In this document: positions 22,975-33,255 of the stretch, piece by piece
Numbering within the stretch: the stretch's first letter is position 1
Layout: each line of letters begins with the position of its first letter
DNA from: Pirellulales bacterium
Lineage (GTDB): Bacteria; Planctomycetota; Planctomycetia; Pirellulales; PALSA-1355
DNA: 64,000 nt
Direction: 5' to 3'
NCBI GenBank assembly: GCA_963733035.1
Contig: CAVTBU010000007.1
Location: 64,001 to 128,000, forward strand
The notes under the pieces: generated by a model
The model's database searches: none
What the model was told of the DNA's origin: nothing
What the model saw: the letters and a program-made list of their open reading frames with translations, nothing else
Translations under genes and position numbers: made by a program

Positions 22975-23775
22975 TTAGCCGGTCTTGGGCGCAAAAGCGT
23001 CCGGCGTTTCGTTGTCCAGCGCCAGTGGCTGGCTCGGATAGCCGCGGCCGAGCCAAACGGTGACGGCCACACCTGCCATTCCCCACACGACGACGATTCC
23101 TTCGAGCACCCAGACGGCCGTCGTGGTGGCCAGGTATTTGTCGACGATGGCCAACGTCGCGACGCCATCGATCGCGCTCTTGTAAGCGAATCCAGCCCAG
23201 AACCACCTCACCCGGCGCGTGGCCACGGCATAGAAAATCATCACGTTGGTCGCGAGATGTCCCAGGCAGGTGAAGACGCGTTCGCTGATTGAGGCAAGTT
23301 GCATCGCCAGGTTGTCCGCTTCGGCCAATTGCTTCATCACGCCCGCCGGCATTTGCTCGGGCAGATACATGCCGGCCAGCGCCGCCGTGAGCGAGCCAAG
23401 CCCCAACAGAAAGGCTTCGATCGCGCCAAAACCGATCCCAAAGGCAAGCACCTTCGGCCAGGGAGCATTGCCCAGCCGCGAGTAGCGGAGCACCAACCAC
23501 ACGATGCCGACTTCCGTGATCCCGGTCATCGCGCCGCCGTAGAGAAATAGCACGAGCGTCTGCCAGGGCTGCGGAAGCGACCGGGCATAAGCGATGACCG
23601 GCGGATTCAGCGGGATCGCCACCGCAAACTTCACGGCCACCGTCGCCACCCAGCCCAACATGCCCAGCGCGAGATACGCCGCGCCGAGCCTTCGGACGAG
23701 AGCATAACCGACAAACCCGAGCGCCACGGCAATCATGCCAATGCCGCCGACCAATGCCACAGGCGAGATATCCAT
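22975..23775 (-). CDS. YhfC/PrsW-like intramembrane protease family protein
   Basis: Multi-TM; FGIGFGAIEAF and ERVFTCLGH motifs. Confidence 0.7.
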   Translation of the reverse strand: MDISPVALVGGIGMIAVALGFVGYALVRRLGAAYLALGMLGWVATVAVKFAVAIPLNPPVIAYARSLPQPWQTLVLFLYGGAMTGITEVGIVWLVLRYSRLGNAPWPKVLAFGIGFGAIEAFLLGLGSLTAALAGMYLPEQMPAGVMKQLAEADNLAMQLASISERVFTCLGHLATNVMIFYAVATRRVRWFWAGFAYKSAIDGVATLAIVDKYLATTTAVWVLEGIVVVWGMAGVAVTVWLGRGYPSQPLALDNETPDAFAPKTG

Positions 23776-23797
23776 AGTACACGTCCTTCGCGATACG

Positions 23798-24859
23798 CTA
23801 GTAGCGAGTCAACGCAAGCATTTCTTCCAGCGGCTGCAAATACGCCTCCATCGCCAGGCCATCCACGGTAGATTCGCCCTGGCGGGTGCGGCCATCGACG
23901 CCGCCCGCCGCGATCATGGCGGCGATGATCTCGGCCTGGCCGGCAGGCGTCAGGCAGTGATCGTTGGCGTGTAAGCCTCGCAGCCGCGCCACGGCAAGTG
24001 CCAAGGCGTAACCACCCCAATTGCTGGTGCCGGCCAATAGGGCGAAATCGGACGCGACCCGACAGGCAATTCTCGCGCCTTCTCCAGTGGCGATCGCTTC
24101 GACGAGGTCTTCCCAGAGAAAGCTTCCCATCCCGAGCTCGTTGCCCCCGTCGCCGATGCCGATCGTCGCGATTGGCAGGTTGCTCGATTGAATGGCGTCA
24201 AACAAGCGGTGCGCCGGCGCAGTCTGAGCATCGATCACGTCGCCACGCATCGTGTGGCAAGCATCGCGATCTTCCGGTGGCACGACTTGCAGGAACCGCT
24301 CCATCGGCGCGGGACTCGTCCGACGTTGTGCGCGTATCGAATCCGAAGTGTGGCTCGGTCCCGGCCGCTCGATCGCGATCAGGTGCGACCAGTCGCTCGA
24401 GAGAAATTTCCGCATCCACGCGTCGAAATCGCCGTCGTGTTGTTCATTGGTAGATCGTGGAACTTCATGCACCGTCGAACTAGCCAAATCCATGAGTCGA
24501 CATCCGGCTTCGACCAGAGGCCGCGCAGGACGATCGGTAACGATGGCCGTCTCGATTTCCAAAAGATCGAGCACCTTGGCTAAATAGAGGGCTCCCGGCG
24601 GTCCGTCGGTTTCGGCAGTCACGCGATCATCGAGCGCGACCGGAAAACCGGTCAGAATGGCGACGCGGCGAGCGTGTTCGGCCAGATGCAGACTCGCGGC
24701 GCGGAGCTGACCGTGGTCGAGCGCGACACAGCGGCGGCGAAAGCTGGCGAGTCCGCGTCCGGCTGGGTCGCGGTGCACGAGCGATTCCAGTTCCCTCCAC
24801 GGCAGCGACTTGTCGGCCATTTCCAAGGAGCGGCGCGATGGCAAGGGCGTTGGATTCAC
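23798..24859 (-). CDS. DUF4392 / D-glutamate cyclase-like protein
   Basis: TGFP, ETDGPPGA, IAIERPG, IGIGDGGNELGMG, TSNWGGYAL, GVDG. Start may be ATG 24820. Confidence 0.85.
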   Translation of the reverse strand: MNPTPLPSRRSLEMADKSLPWRELESLVHRDPAGRGLASFRRRCVALDHGQLRAASLHLAEHARRVAILTGFPVALDDRVTAETDGPPGALYLAKVLDLLEIETAIVTDRPARPLVEAGCRLMDLASSTVHEVPRSTNEQHDGDFDAWMRKFLSSDWSHLIAIERPGPSHTSDSIRAQRRTSPAPMERFLQVVPPEDRDACHTMRGDVIDAQTAPAHRLFDAIQSSNLPIATIGIGDGGNELGMGSFLWEDLVEAIATGEGARIACRVASDFALLAGTSNWGGYALALAVARLRGLHANDHCLTPAGQAEIIAAMIAAGGVDGRTRQGESTVDGLAMEAYLQPLEEMLALTRY

Positions 24860-25128
24860 GAAACGTAGAGGGCTCGCTGAGGAGATGGCATATTGCTACG
24901 ATGATATCAGTTGGAGGCGTCTGTGGTTGCGACGAGTTGATGCACGGCTCGTCGGCCCAGTTGCCGACAACCGCGATCTGTGGCTGCAAGGCGAGTTCTG
25001 ACTGACGGGAGCCACTGGCTCGCCCCGGAGCCGAACTGGCCGCTGGCCGCAGATCCATTCTCCCCCGACTTTTGCCCTATGTGGCGTGGGCATCTGGTTC
25101 CCTTTTACGGACCAGAAAAAAGGGGTGG

Positions 25129-25159
25129 TTGACAACGGTAGGGAAAGTGAGTTACAAAT
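25129..25159 (+). promoter_or_regulatory. Sigma70-like promoter of the respiratory operon
   Basis: Perfect TTGACA (25129-25134) and an imperfect -10 (TACAAA, 25153-25158) in an AT-rich patch. Confidence 0.55.
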
Positions 25160-25168
25160 CTAAGTAGA

Positions 25169-25186
25169 TCGTGAAAAATGTCACAA
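25169..25186. promoter_or_regulatory. Rex-type (or Crp/Fnr-type) operator
   Basis: TCGTGAA-AAAT-GTCACAA matches TTGTGAA-N4-TTCACAA at 12 of 14 positions. Confidence 0.6.
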
Positions 25187-25321
25187 TCTGGCCTGGAAGG
25201 CCAGTTTTGTCGTATTTCTCCGGCTCAGCACATTCTCCCGTGCTGGGTAGCTCTTCGCCCGCTGGTCGGGCGGTGACGTTTGCAAACTTATTGAGATTGG
25301 TCACGCCTGAGGGTGTTGGGC

Positions 25322-26380
25322 ATGGCGGATAAGAAGAAGATGTCCGTGGCCGAGATTCTGGCCGCGGCGCGAAAAGCCGATGCAGGCGGCGAGGCCGCTG
25401 CCAGCGAGCCACCTCCGGAAGCGGCAGCGCCCGCGGAAGCTGCCAGCGAGGCTCCGGCCTCGAAGCCGGCAGCAAAGCCCGCTGCCAAGTCCGGCGGAGC
25501 GCGGCCAAGTGTTGCCGAAATGATGGCGGCCGCACGAGCCGAAAAGAGCGGCGCCGCCAAACCCGCTGCTGCCAAGCCGGCTGCCCCGAAGGCCGCTGCG
25601 CCAGCGAAGAAGGAATCGCCTGCTCCCAAGGCGGCACCCGCCAAAAAAGAGCCGGTCGCGGCCGCCGCCGCCGAGCCCAAAGACACAGGCAGTATTTTGG
25701 CTGCGGCCCGCAGTGCGCATAAGCCGGGCCCCATGTCGAAGGCCGAGGCTGCCGCCAAGGCGCCGGCCGCCGCCCCTGCGGCCAAAGCCGCGAAGGCGAA
25801 AATCGCCGTCCCGCCGATGCCAGTGAAGCCCGCCTATGCCAAGCCGAAGCCCAAGCCGGTGGTGAGCGAGGGTCGGCGTAACTTTCTGATCGACGTGATG
25901 TTCGGATCGTTTCTTGGGGCGGGATTCGTCTTTTTGTCAGCGACCTTTGGTCTCTGGACGCTGGCCACGGCCCGCTTCATGTTCCCCAATGTGCTGATGG
26001 AGCCGCCCAGTAAGTTCAAGGTCGGCTTCCCCAGTAACTTCGCGCCGGGCCAGGTGGAAACCAAGTTCATCGCCCAATACGGCGTGTGGATTGTCAATTA
26101 CGAGTACAACGGTCAGCCCGAGATTTACGCGTTGCGGTCGGTCTGCACGCACCTGGGCTGCACGCCCAACTGGTTGGAGGGGGAGCAGAAGTTCAAGTGC
26201 CCCTGCCACGGTAGCGGTTTCTACAAAGACGGCATTAACTTCGAAGGTCCCGCGCCGCGGCCCCTCGAGCGTTATGCCATCCGCATTGCCGACGACGGCC
26301 AGTTGGAAGTCGACAAGAGTAAGCTCTTTCAGGAAGAAATCGGGCAGTGGAGCGATCCTGCTTCCTACGTCGCGGTCTAA
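25322..26380 (+). CDS. petC: Rieske 2Fe-2S subunit with a long Ala/Pro/Lys-rich N-terminal extension
   Basis: CTHLGC and CPCHGS boxes, GPAPRPL; internal GRRNFL twin-arginine motif followed by a TM helix. Confidence 0.95.
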   Translation: MADKKKMSVAEILAAARKADAGGEAAASEPPPEAAAPAEAASEAPASKPAAKPAAKSGGARPSVAEMMAAARAEKSGAAKPAAAKPAAPKAAAPAKKESPAPKAAPAKKEPVAAAAAEPKDTGSILAAARSAHKPGPMSKAEAAAKAPAAAPAAKAAKAKIAVPPMPVKPAYAKPKPKPVVSEGRRNFLIDVMFGSFLGAGFVFLSATFGLWTLATARFMFPNVLMEPPSKFKVGFPSNFAPGQVETKFIAQYGVWIVNYEYNGQPEIYALRSVCTHLGCTPNWLEGEQKFKCPCHGSGFYKDGINFEGPAPRPLERYAIRIADDGQLEVDKSKLFQEEIGQWSDPASYVAV

Positions 26381-26581
26381 GTCTGGGAGGCTGTCGTCCC
26401 GGCCGCGTGAGTTGCTGCGCTTTGGGGAAGTCCGCCGCGAGTTGCCAGTCCTCGTGGTCCGTGTGTCATGGCCGTCGAGTATGTGCGGGCTCCCGGCACG
26501 ATTCGAAGCGCGATGTGTCTGATCGATCAAGCCGGTGAAGCAAGGTTTCAATTTCAGATTTCAAAGGCGCGGTAGCAAACG

Positions 26582-27355
26582 ATGTCCATAGGTGAAATGA
26601 TCCGCGAGTCGCAGGTGTGGAAGAGCGTCTTCCGCCACCCCATGCCGCAGGATCGCCGCAATCGCATTGTGGTGATGCTGACGAACTTCTTCCTGCACTT
26701 GCATCCCGTCTCGATCAAAAAGCAGGGTATCGCCCTCAGCTACACCTGGTGCATGGGCGGCGTGACCTTCTTTCTGTTTCTGGTTGAAACGGTCACCGGC
26801 GTGCTGTTGATGTTCTACTACCGGCCGACGCTGGAGTGGGCCTACAACGATATTTTGGCACTGCGCGACGTGACGTCACTGGGCATCTTGCGCGAGGTGC
26901 ATCGCTGGGGGGCCCATGCGATGGTGATCACCGTCTGGCTGCATATGTATCGCGTGTTCTTGACCGGCAGCTACAAGCCGCCCCGCGAATTCAACTGGGT
27001 TATCGGCGTCATTCTGCTCTTGCTGACGCTGTTGCTCTCCTTTACCGGCTACCTACTCCCCTGGGACCAGCTCGCCATCTGGGCGATCACGGTGGGTTCG
27101 AACATGGCGCGGGCCACGCCCATTTTGGGGCACGAAGGGCCGGGTCAGCAGTTGTTGAATATTCAAGGGATCGACATGATTACGAACGCCTCCGACGCGC
27201 GGTTTGCCCTGTTGGGTGCGCGCTTCGTCGGCGAAGAGACGTTGAATCGGTTCTACATCCTGCACTGTATTGCAATTCCGCTGGGCGTGGCGCTACTGCT
27301 AGCGATCCACTTTTGGCGGGTGCGCAAGGATGGCGGCATCAGCGGTCCGCTGTAG
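26582..27355 (+). CDS. petB: Cytochrome b6
   Basis: WCMGG; His pairs HRW...LH and LH...[13 protein letters not shown]-terminal GISGPL. Confidence 0.95.
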   Translation: MSIGEMIRESQVWKSVFRHPMPQDRRNRIVVMLTNFFLHLHPVSIKKQGIALSYTWCMGGVTFFLFLVETVTGVLLMFYYRPTLEWAYNDILALRDVTSLGILREVHRWGAHAMVITVWLHMYRVFLTGSYKPPREFNWVIGVILLLLTLLLSFTGYLLPWDQLAIWAITVGSNMARATPILGHEGPGQQLLNIQGIDMITNASDARFALLGARFVGEETLNRFYILHCIAIPLGVALLLAIHFWRVRKDGGISGPL

Positions 27356-27438
27356 CCGGCTTCCCAGGCGGCCGATCGAGCCGGGTTTGTCATTGGTAGC
27401 CAGTTGATATTCGGGGCGACTCAACGAGCGAAGTCACT

Positions 27439-28761
27439 ATGCACGGTGTATCGGAAGCCGATTTTCTGAGGGGAATTTCCCCGTTCCTGGGCGGATACTA
27501 CTTGTCTCTGGCCCTTGCGAACGCCGTCATGGCCTACCACATGTGGCACAATCGCCATCGCAACCGCGATGCGATCGTGTGGGTGGCCGTGACCCTGTTT
27601 TTGGTGACCATCGCGGCCGCCGCGATGGGTGGCAACCCGCCGGAATTGCCGGCGGCATTTCACCATTTTGCCAACTGGGCGACCGGGCCTGTGATCTACA
27701 GCGTTGGCACCACGGTTCTCTTAGTGCTGGCCTACGTGCTTCGCGGCTGGCTCGTGCGGCCGATGGTCGGTTGGTCGCTCCTGAATCTCTCGCTCATTTC
27801 GCTCGGTTTTTCGATGGCCGAGCCGAACTTCGCGGCCATCGTCACCAAGCCGGACAATGTACCGATCGTGGGGCTCGTGTTCCTGTTGGGTTTCTTCACC
27901 TGGCTGGCCACCGGCAAGGCAGTGGAAAATGACCGCCGCGATCGGGAAGGTCTGCCACCCGCCGAAAAGCTTGACGACGAGAAGGTGCTGGTTTGGCCTG
28001 ACTTGGTCTATACCGAGCTCATCTGCATGGTGGCCCTGACGGCCTTCCTGTTGATCTGGGCCATCGCCCTCCAAGCTCCTCTCGAGGAACCGGCTTCGAG
28101 CGTCAAGACGCCCAACCCGTCGAAGGCTCCCTGGTACTTCCTCGGTCTGCAGGAAATGCTGGTCTATTACGATCCCTGGATGGCCGGCGTGGTGCTGCCG
28201 AGCCTGGTGCTGGTGGGGCTGGCCGCGATTCCTTATTTGGATTTCAACAAGCGCGGCAACGGCTACTACACAATCAATCAGCGCAAGTTTGCCTACCTGG
28301 TTTTCCAGTTCGGCTTTTTGGAGCTGTGGGTCACGCTGATCATTCTCGGTACGTTCTTCCGCGGTCCGAACTGGAACATTTTCGGGCCGTTCGAGTATTG
28401 GGACCCGCACAAGGTGCTTGCACTGAACAACGTCGATCTGTCGCAGTACTTTTGGATCTCCTGGCTCGGACAGTCGCTGCCCAAGGCGCCGCCAAACGCA
28501 TCGCTGTTTGTCGAGATCGGAACGATTCTCAAGCGCGAATGGTTGGGTATCGTGCTGGTGGGGGCGTACTTCGTCGTCTTGCCTCCGATCCTGGCCACCA
28601 CGATCTTCCGCAACTTTTTTGCCCGGATGGGATTTATCCGTTTCATGTTGATGGCGAACCTGCTGCTGTTCATGGCCGCCTTGCCGCTGAAGATGGTGCT
28701 CCGCTGGACGCTGAACATGAAGTACATCATTTCCATCCCCGAATTCTTCCTGAACTTTTAA
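27439..28761 (+). CDS. petD: Extended subunit IV (PetD-like) of the Rieske/cytb complex
   Basis: VWPDLVYTE, TPNPSKAPWYFL and IPYLD, plus extra TM helices at both ends. Confidence 0.8.
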   Translation: MHGVSEADFLRGISPFLGGYYLSLALANAVMAYHMWHNRHRNRDAIVWVAVTLFLVTIAAAAMGGNPPELPAAFHHFANWATGPVIYSVGTTVLLVLAYVLRGWLVRPMVGWSLLNLSLISLGFSMAEPNFAAIVTKPDNVPIVGLVFLLGFFTWLATGKAVENDRRDREGLPPAEKLDDEKVLVWPDLVYTELICMVALTAFLLIWAIALQAPLEEPASSVKTPNPSKAPWYFLGLQEMLVYYDPWMAGVVLPSLVLVGLAAIPYLDFNKRGNGYYTINQRKFAYLVFQFGFLELWVTLIILGTFFRGPNWNIFGPFEYWDPHKVLALNNVDLSQYFWISWLGQSLPKAPPNASLFVEIGTILKREWLGIVLVGAYFVVLPPILATTIFRNFFARMGFIRFMLMANLLLFMAALPLKMVLRWTLNMKYIISIPEFFLNF

Positions 28762-28806
28762 TCTCCACGCATTGAAGACGCGCGACGCAGGCGCGAGATA
28801 TCGACC

Positions 28807-31800
28807 ATGCCCGCTACCGAACAAACTTGGCGCGACTCCAAGCTGCTGCATCTGGTCTTCGGCATCACCGCCTTGCTGATGCTCGTTTCCACGGTCTGGA
28901 TGCTGGCCGCGGACCATCGCCGCGAGTGGAAAGTCTACCAGAACAGATTCCGCAACATCGAAGCCTGGTCGGCCCAATCGCGCCTGAGCCAGCAGCAAAG
29001 CGCTCAGTTCGAAAGCGAAGTCAGCGAAGCCCACGAGGCGTTGGCCAAGGCCCAGCACGAAGTGCCGCCGCCGGATCTGATCAATCGCTTTACCGCTCGC
29101 GTGCGCCAGCAGGCTGAAGAGCACAAAGAGCAAGCCAATACCGCGCCGGTCGACGACGCATACAAGGCGCTGCAGAGTGCTCCGGAAGAACAGCGACCCG
29201 AGCGCCGCGATCAACTGAATGAGGCTCTGGGTGAATTCGTGGGTGTTGCGCGTTTTCAGGAAAACAAGTTAGCGTCGCATCAAGAAATTCCGCCTTGGCC
29301 GAGTTTGACGTCGCCCGCAGCGAATACGAGCTCGGCGTTGGCAACGACTTGCCGCAAGTCGCAACTGCAGGCGATGCAGGAGAAAGTCACGGAGATTCGC
29401 GAGCGCGTCGAATCAGCGAATCTCGAACTGCAGGACGTGGCCGCCTATCGGCGAGACTTGGAAGGTCTGGTCGCCCAGATGTTCCAGTCCCAGACCGACG
29501 CCCGCAAGCAACTCGACGACCTGCTGGTCAAACGCAAGCAACTGGAAGAGGCTTTGTACGAGCGTGAAACCAAGGTCATGAACGAGGTGATCGGGTTGCC
29601 GATCATCGACGCCTTCTCGCCCAAGAAGATCGACCAGATTTGGCTGCCGAACCTCACGATCAATTACAACTTTCGCGACGTGCCCCGTTTCGACCGCTGC
29701 ACGAACTGCCACCAGGGCATCGACCGCACGGCCCCCGGTTCAGCCGTCGACCCCGCCTACCCGCACGAACATATCGTGACGGTCAGCCTGGAAACGCCGT
29801 CGGAGCGGCCCGAGGGGCTCGACAAGGAGCCGGAAAAAGGGATCACGGTCGAACGGCATTTGAACAACCTGATTCAGGAAATCTATGGATTGCAGTTGGC
29901 CCAGCAGGGGCTGGTCGATCCGGACGAAGCCGTGGTCAGCGTGGTCCGGCCCGAGACGCCGGCGGCCAAGGCCGGAATGATCGTGTCCGACGCCATCATT
30001 TCCGTCGACGGCACGAAGCTCCTCGACAAGGACGACGTCTACAACTACCTGCTCGAGACGGTCCAGTGGGGACAGCCGCTCGAGCTTACGTTGCGACGCG
30101 GCCTGCCAAACCCGTTCGCCAGCCATCCTCGGCTCGACCTGTTCGTGGGCTCGCTCAGCCCGCACACATTGCAGAATGTCGGTTGCACAATTTGTCACGA
30201 CGGGCAGGGGAGCGCCACGGCCTTCAAGTGGGCGTCGCACGCGCCGAACGATCCGCTCGAGGCGGAAGATTGGAAGCGCGAGTACGGCTGGTTCGACAAC
30301 CATCACTGGATCTTTCCGATGTACCCCAACCGGTTCTCGGAAAGCCTGTGCTTGAAGTGTCATCACGACGTCGTGGAATTGCAGCCCAGCAAGCGGTTCC
30401 CCGACCCACCGGCGCCGAAGCTCGTGGAGGGCTTCAATCTGATCAAGGACGTGGGCTGCTTCGGCTGCCACGAAATCAACGGTTTCGACGGCCCCAACCG
30501 CCGCATCGGTCCCGACCTGCGGGCCGAGCCGAACTACTCGCCGGCCGCCCAAGCGCTGCTGGCCACCGGCGATTTGACCGAACAGCAGCAAGCGTGGGCT
30601 CGTCAGGTCGTCAAGGAACCCGAGCAGCCGGCTCCGCGGCACTCGCTGACCGAGTCGCTCGACAATGCCGACAAATTGCCTGGCGATCCGACGATGGCCA
30701 AGCGATGGATTAGCGTGTTGGCCGACGTCGAAACGCCGGGCAAACTCCGCAAGGTTGGTCCCAGCCTGCGTCACGTGGCGAGCAAGCTCGACTTCGACTT
30801 TCTGTATTCCTGGATTCGCAAGCCAAGTGACTTCCGGCCCTCGACCAAGATGCCGCAATTTTTCGGTCTGTGGTCGGCCCTCGACGAGCACAGTCTGGAA
30901 ATCTCCGAGAAGTTCGAGCCGATCGAAATTCGCGGCATCGCCGAATACCTGCTGAGCGGTAGCCAGCCGTTCGAGTACGCCGTTCCGCCCGCCGAAGTGA
31001 AGGCGGCGCCGTCGGCCGAGCGGGGCAAGCACGCTTTTGAAATCCGCTGTCTGGCTTGTCACAAACACGACGCCTTCCCGGCCGGCAAGATGACCCAGGG
31101 TCCGGACCTCTCGAAGCTGGGTTCGAAACTGGGTGGCCAAGACAACCCGAACGGACCGAAGTGGCTCTACTCGTGGCTCCGCAATCCGAGTTCGTACCAT
31201 CCGCGGACGCTAATGCCCAACATGATCCTCACGCCGGTCACCACGGTGACCGACCCGGCCAAGCCCGAGGGTGAGTTGACCGATCCCGCGGCCGACATCG
31301 CGGCCTTCTTGCTCGACAGCAAGGGCTGGGAACCGACCAACGTTCCTTCGCGTGAGCTGACCAAGGAAGAATCCGAGGCGCTCGAAGCCCTGGCACTTGA
31401 GAACCTGCAAAACACGTTCTCCCGCCATCAGGCCGAGGAGTATCTCAACAGCGGCATTCCCGAGGACTTGCGCGACGAGTTGAAAGGCGACGAGGTCGAG
31501 CTGGTTGGCGAGATGACCGTGGAGAAGAAACTCCGCTACGTCGGACGCCGCTCGATCAGCAAGTACGGTTGCTCCGGCTGCCACGACATTCCGAACTTCG
31601 AAGACGTCAAGCCGATCGGCACCGGCCTGGCCGACTGGGCTCGCAAGACGCCCGACAAGCTGGCCTTCGAGCAGATCGTCGAATACATGAAGCAGGGGCA
31701 CGGCACGCCGGGCGCTCTGCACTACAGCCAGGAATACAGTGAGCACGAAACGGTCGCCGAAGAAGACAAGGCCATCGAGGAGACCGAAACAAGCGGTCAC

Positions 31801-33239
31801 GGCCACTCGTTCAATTTCCTGAACATGGACCCGACCATGGGTTACTTCATGGAAAAGTTGGTCGGCCATCAGCGCGAGGGCTTCATCTGGCAGAAGCTCC
31901 GCGAGCCGCGTAGCTACGACTACAAGAAGACCCGCAACAAGAGCTACAACGAGCGGCTGCGGATGCCGCAGTTCACCGTGCTCGACGACCCTCAGCGTGA
32001 GGCAGTGATCACGTTCGTGCTGGGATTGGTGGCCGAGCCGCCGGCAGAGCAATACATCTACAAGGGAGATGCTCGTCGCCAGGCGATCATCGCCGGCAAC
32101 GAGATCATCGAGAAGTACAACTGCACGGGCTGCCACACGCTCGAAATGGAGCGGTGGGACCTGGCTTTCGACCCTGAGACCTTCGGCGAGCCCGCGCCGG
32201 TCGACGATTACAATTTCCTCCAGGCACACTTCACGCCGCAGGACATCGAAGCTTCGGAAAAAGTGGATGCGGCGGGCAAGCAGCACGCTACCGTCGTGGG
32301 CATGCCGGCCATGAACGACCAGGGGCAGCCGGTTCGCGTCGATGAAGATGGCGCCCCGCTTGATCCGGAAGACACCGAGACGCCGGCTTCCTACGTGTTC
32401 ACGCCGTGGGAGAATGTGCTGCTGGGCGGTCAAACCTGGCAGGCGGGCTTGCAAAACATTCTGATTCCCGAGGCGGTCATCAAGAAACGCTACGAGCCGG
32501 TGGGCGGTTTCCTTGCCCGGCTGGCTTTCCCGGTAGTGATCGCCAACGAGCGTGTGACGAACCCCAATGCCAAGGCGGACGAAGCCTGGGGCTGGCTGCC
32601 GCCGCCGCTCAAGGGCGAGGGTCGCAAGGTGCAGACCGAATGGCTGCACAGCTTCCTGCTCGATCCGCACATGATCCGCCCGGCCGCCGTGTTGCGGATG
32701 CCGAAATTCAACATGTCGAGTGACGAAGCGACGAAGTTGGTGAATTATTTCGCGGCAGTCGACGGCGTCGACTATCCCTACGATTTCGACCCGCGGACGC
32801 GCGAATCGCACTTGCGCAAGAGGAGATGCAGCACCCCAAACGGCTCAACGATGCGATGAACATCGTCACCGACAACAACTTCTGCATCAAGTGCCACTTG
32901 CTGGGCGACTTCGCGCCCAAGGGATATGATTCGGCGAAGGCGCCGCAGTTGGGCAATGTCTACCGGCGGCTGCGTCCGGAATTCACGACGGACTGGATCG
33001 CCAACCCCAAGCGAATCTTGCCGTATACCGGCATGCCGGTGAACATTCCACCCGGCAAGCCGATTAGCGAGCAATTGTACAAGGGCAACAGCGTCCAGCA
33101 GCTCGATGCGGTCGTCGACCTGCTGCTAAACTACGACCGATTCATGGAAAGCAAGACCTCGATCCTACCGTACATCAAGCCGCAAGCTCCGGCCGCCGAA
33201 CAGCAGGCGGCGGGCGCAACCCAAGACGCGGCGCAATAG
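28807..33239 (+). CDS. Membrane-anchored multiheme cytochrome c (8 CxxCH) with a PDZ-like domain; frameshifts near 29280-29355 and 32815
   Basis: CTNCH, CTICH, CLKCH, CFGCH, CLACH, CSGCH and CTGCH in 28807..32859; CIKCH in 32826..33239; N-terminal TM helix. Confidence 0.9.
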
Positions 33240-33255
33240 AGGAGGGAACACCACG

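Noticed and set aside
24990..25060. Cobalamin riboswitch (GCCACTG) or SRP RNA
   Set aside because: The other B12-element motifs and the SRP GGAA-loop core are absent.
27721..32811. Long antisense ORFs (497, 486 and 533 aa; similarly 38348..40153)
   Set aside because: They are shadows of GC-rich sense genes and have no recognisable motifs.
28807..33239. Octaheme as an HAO/ONR/OTR enzyme or as ACIII ActA
   Set aside because: The hemes are widely spaced in separate domains with MP motifs, there is no CxxCK, and no ActB/ActC genes are present; the partners are Rieske and cytochrome b.
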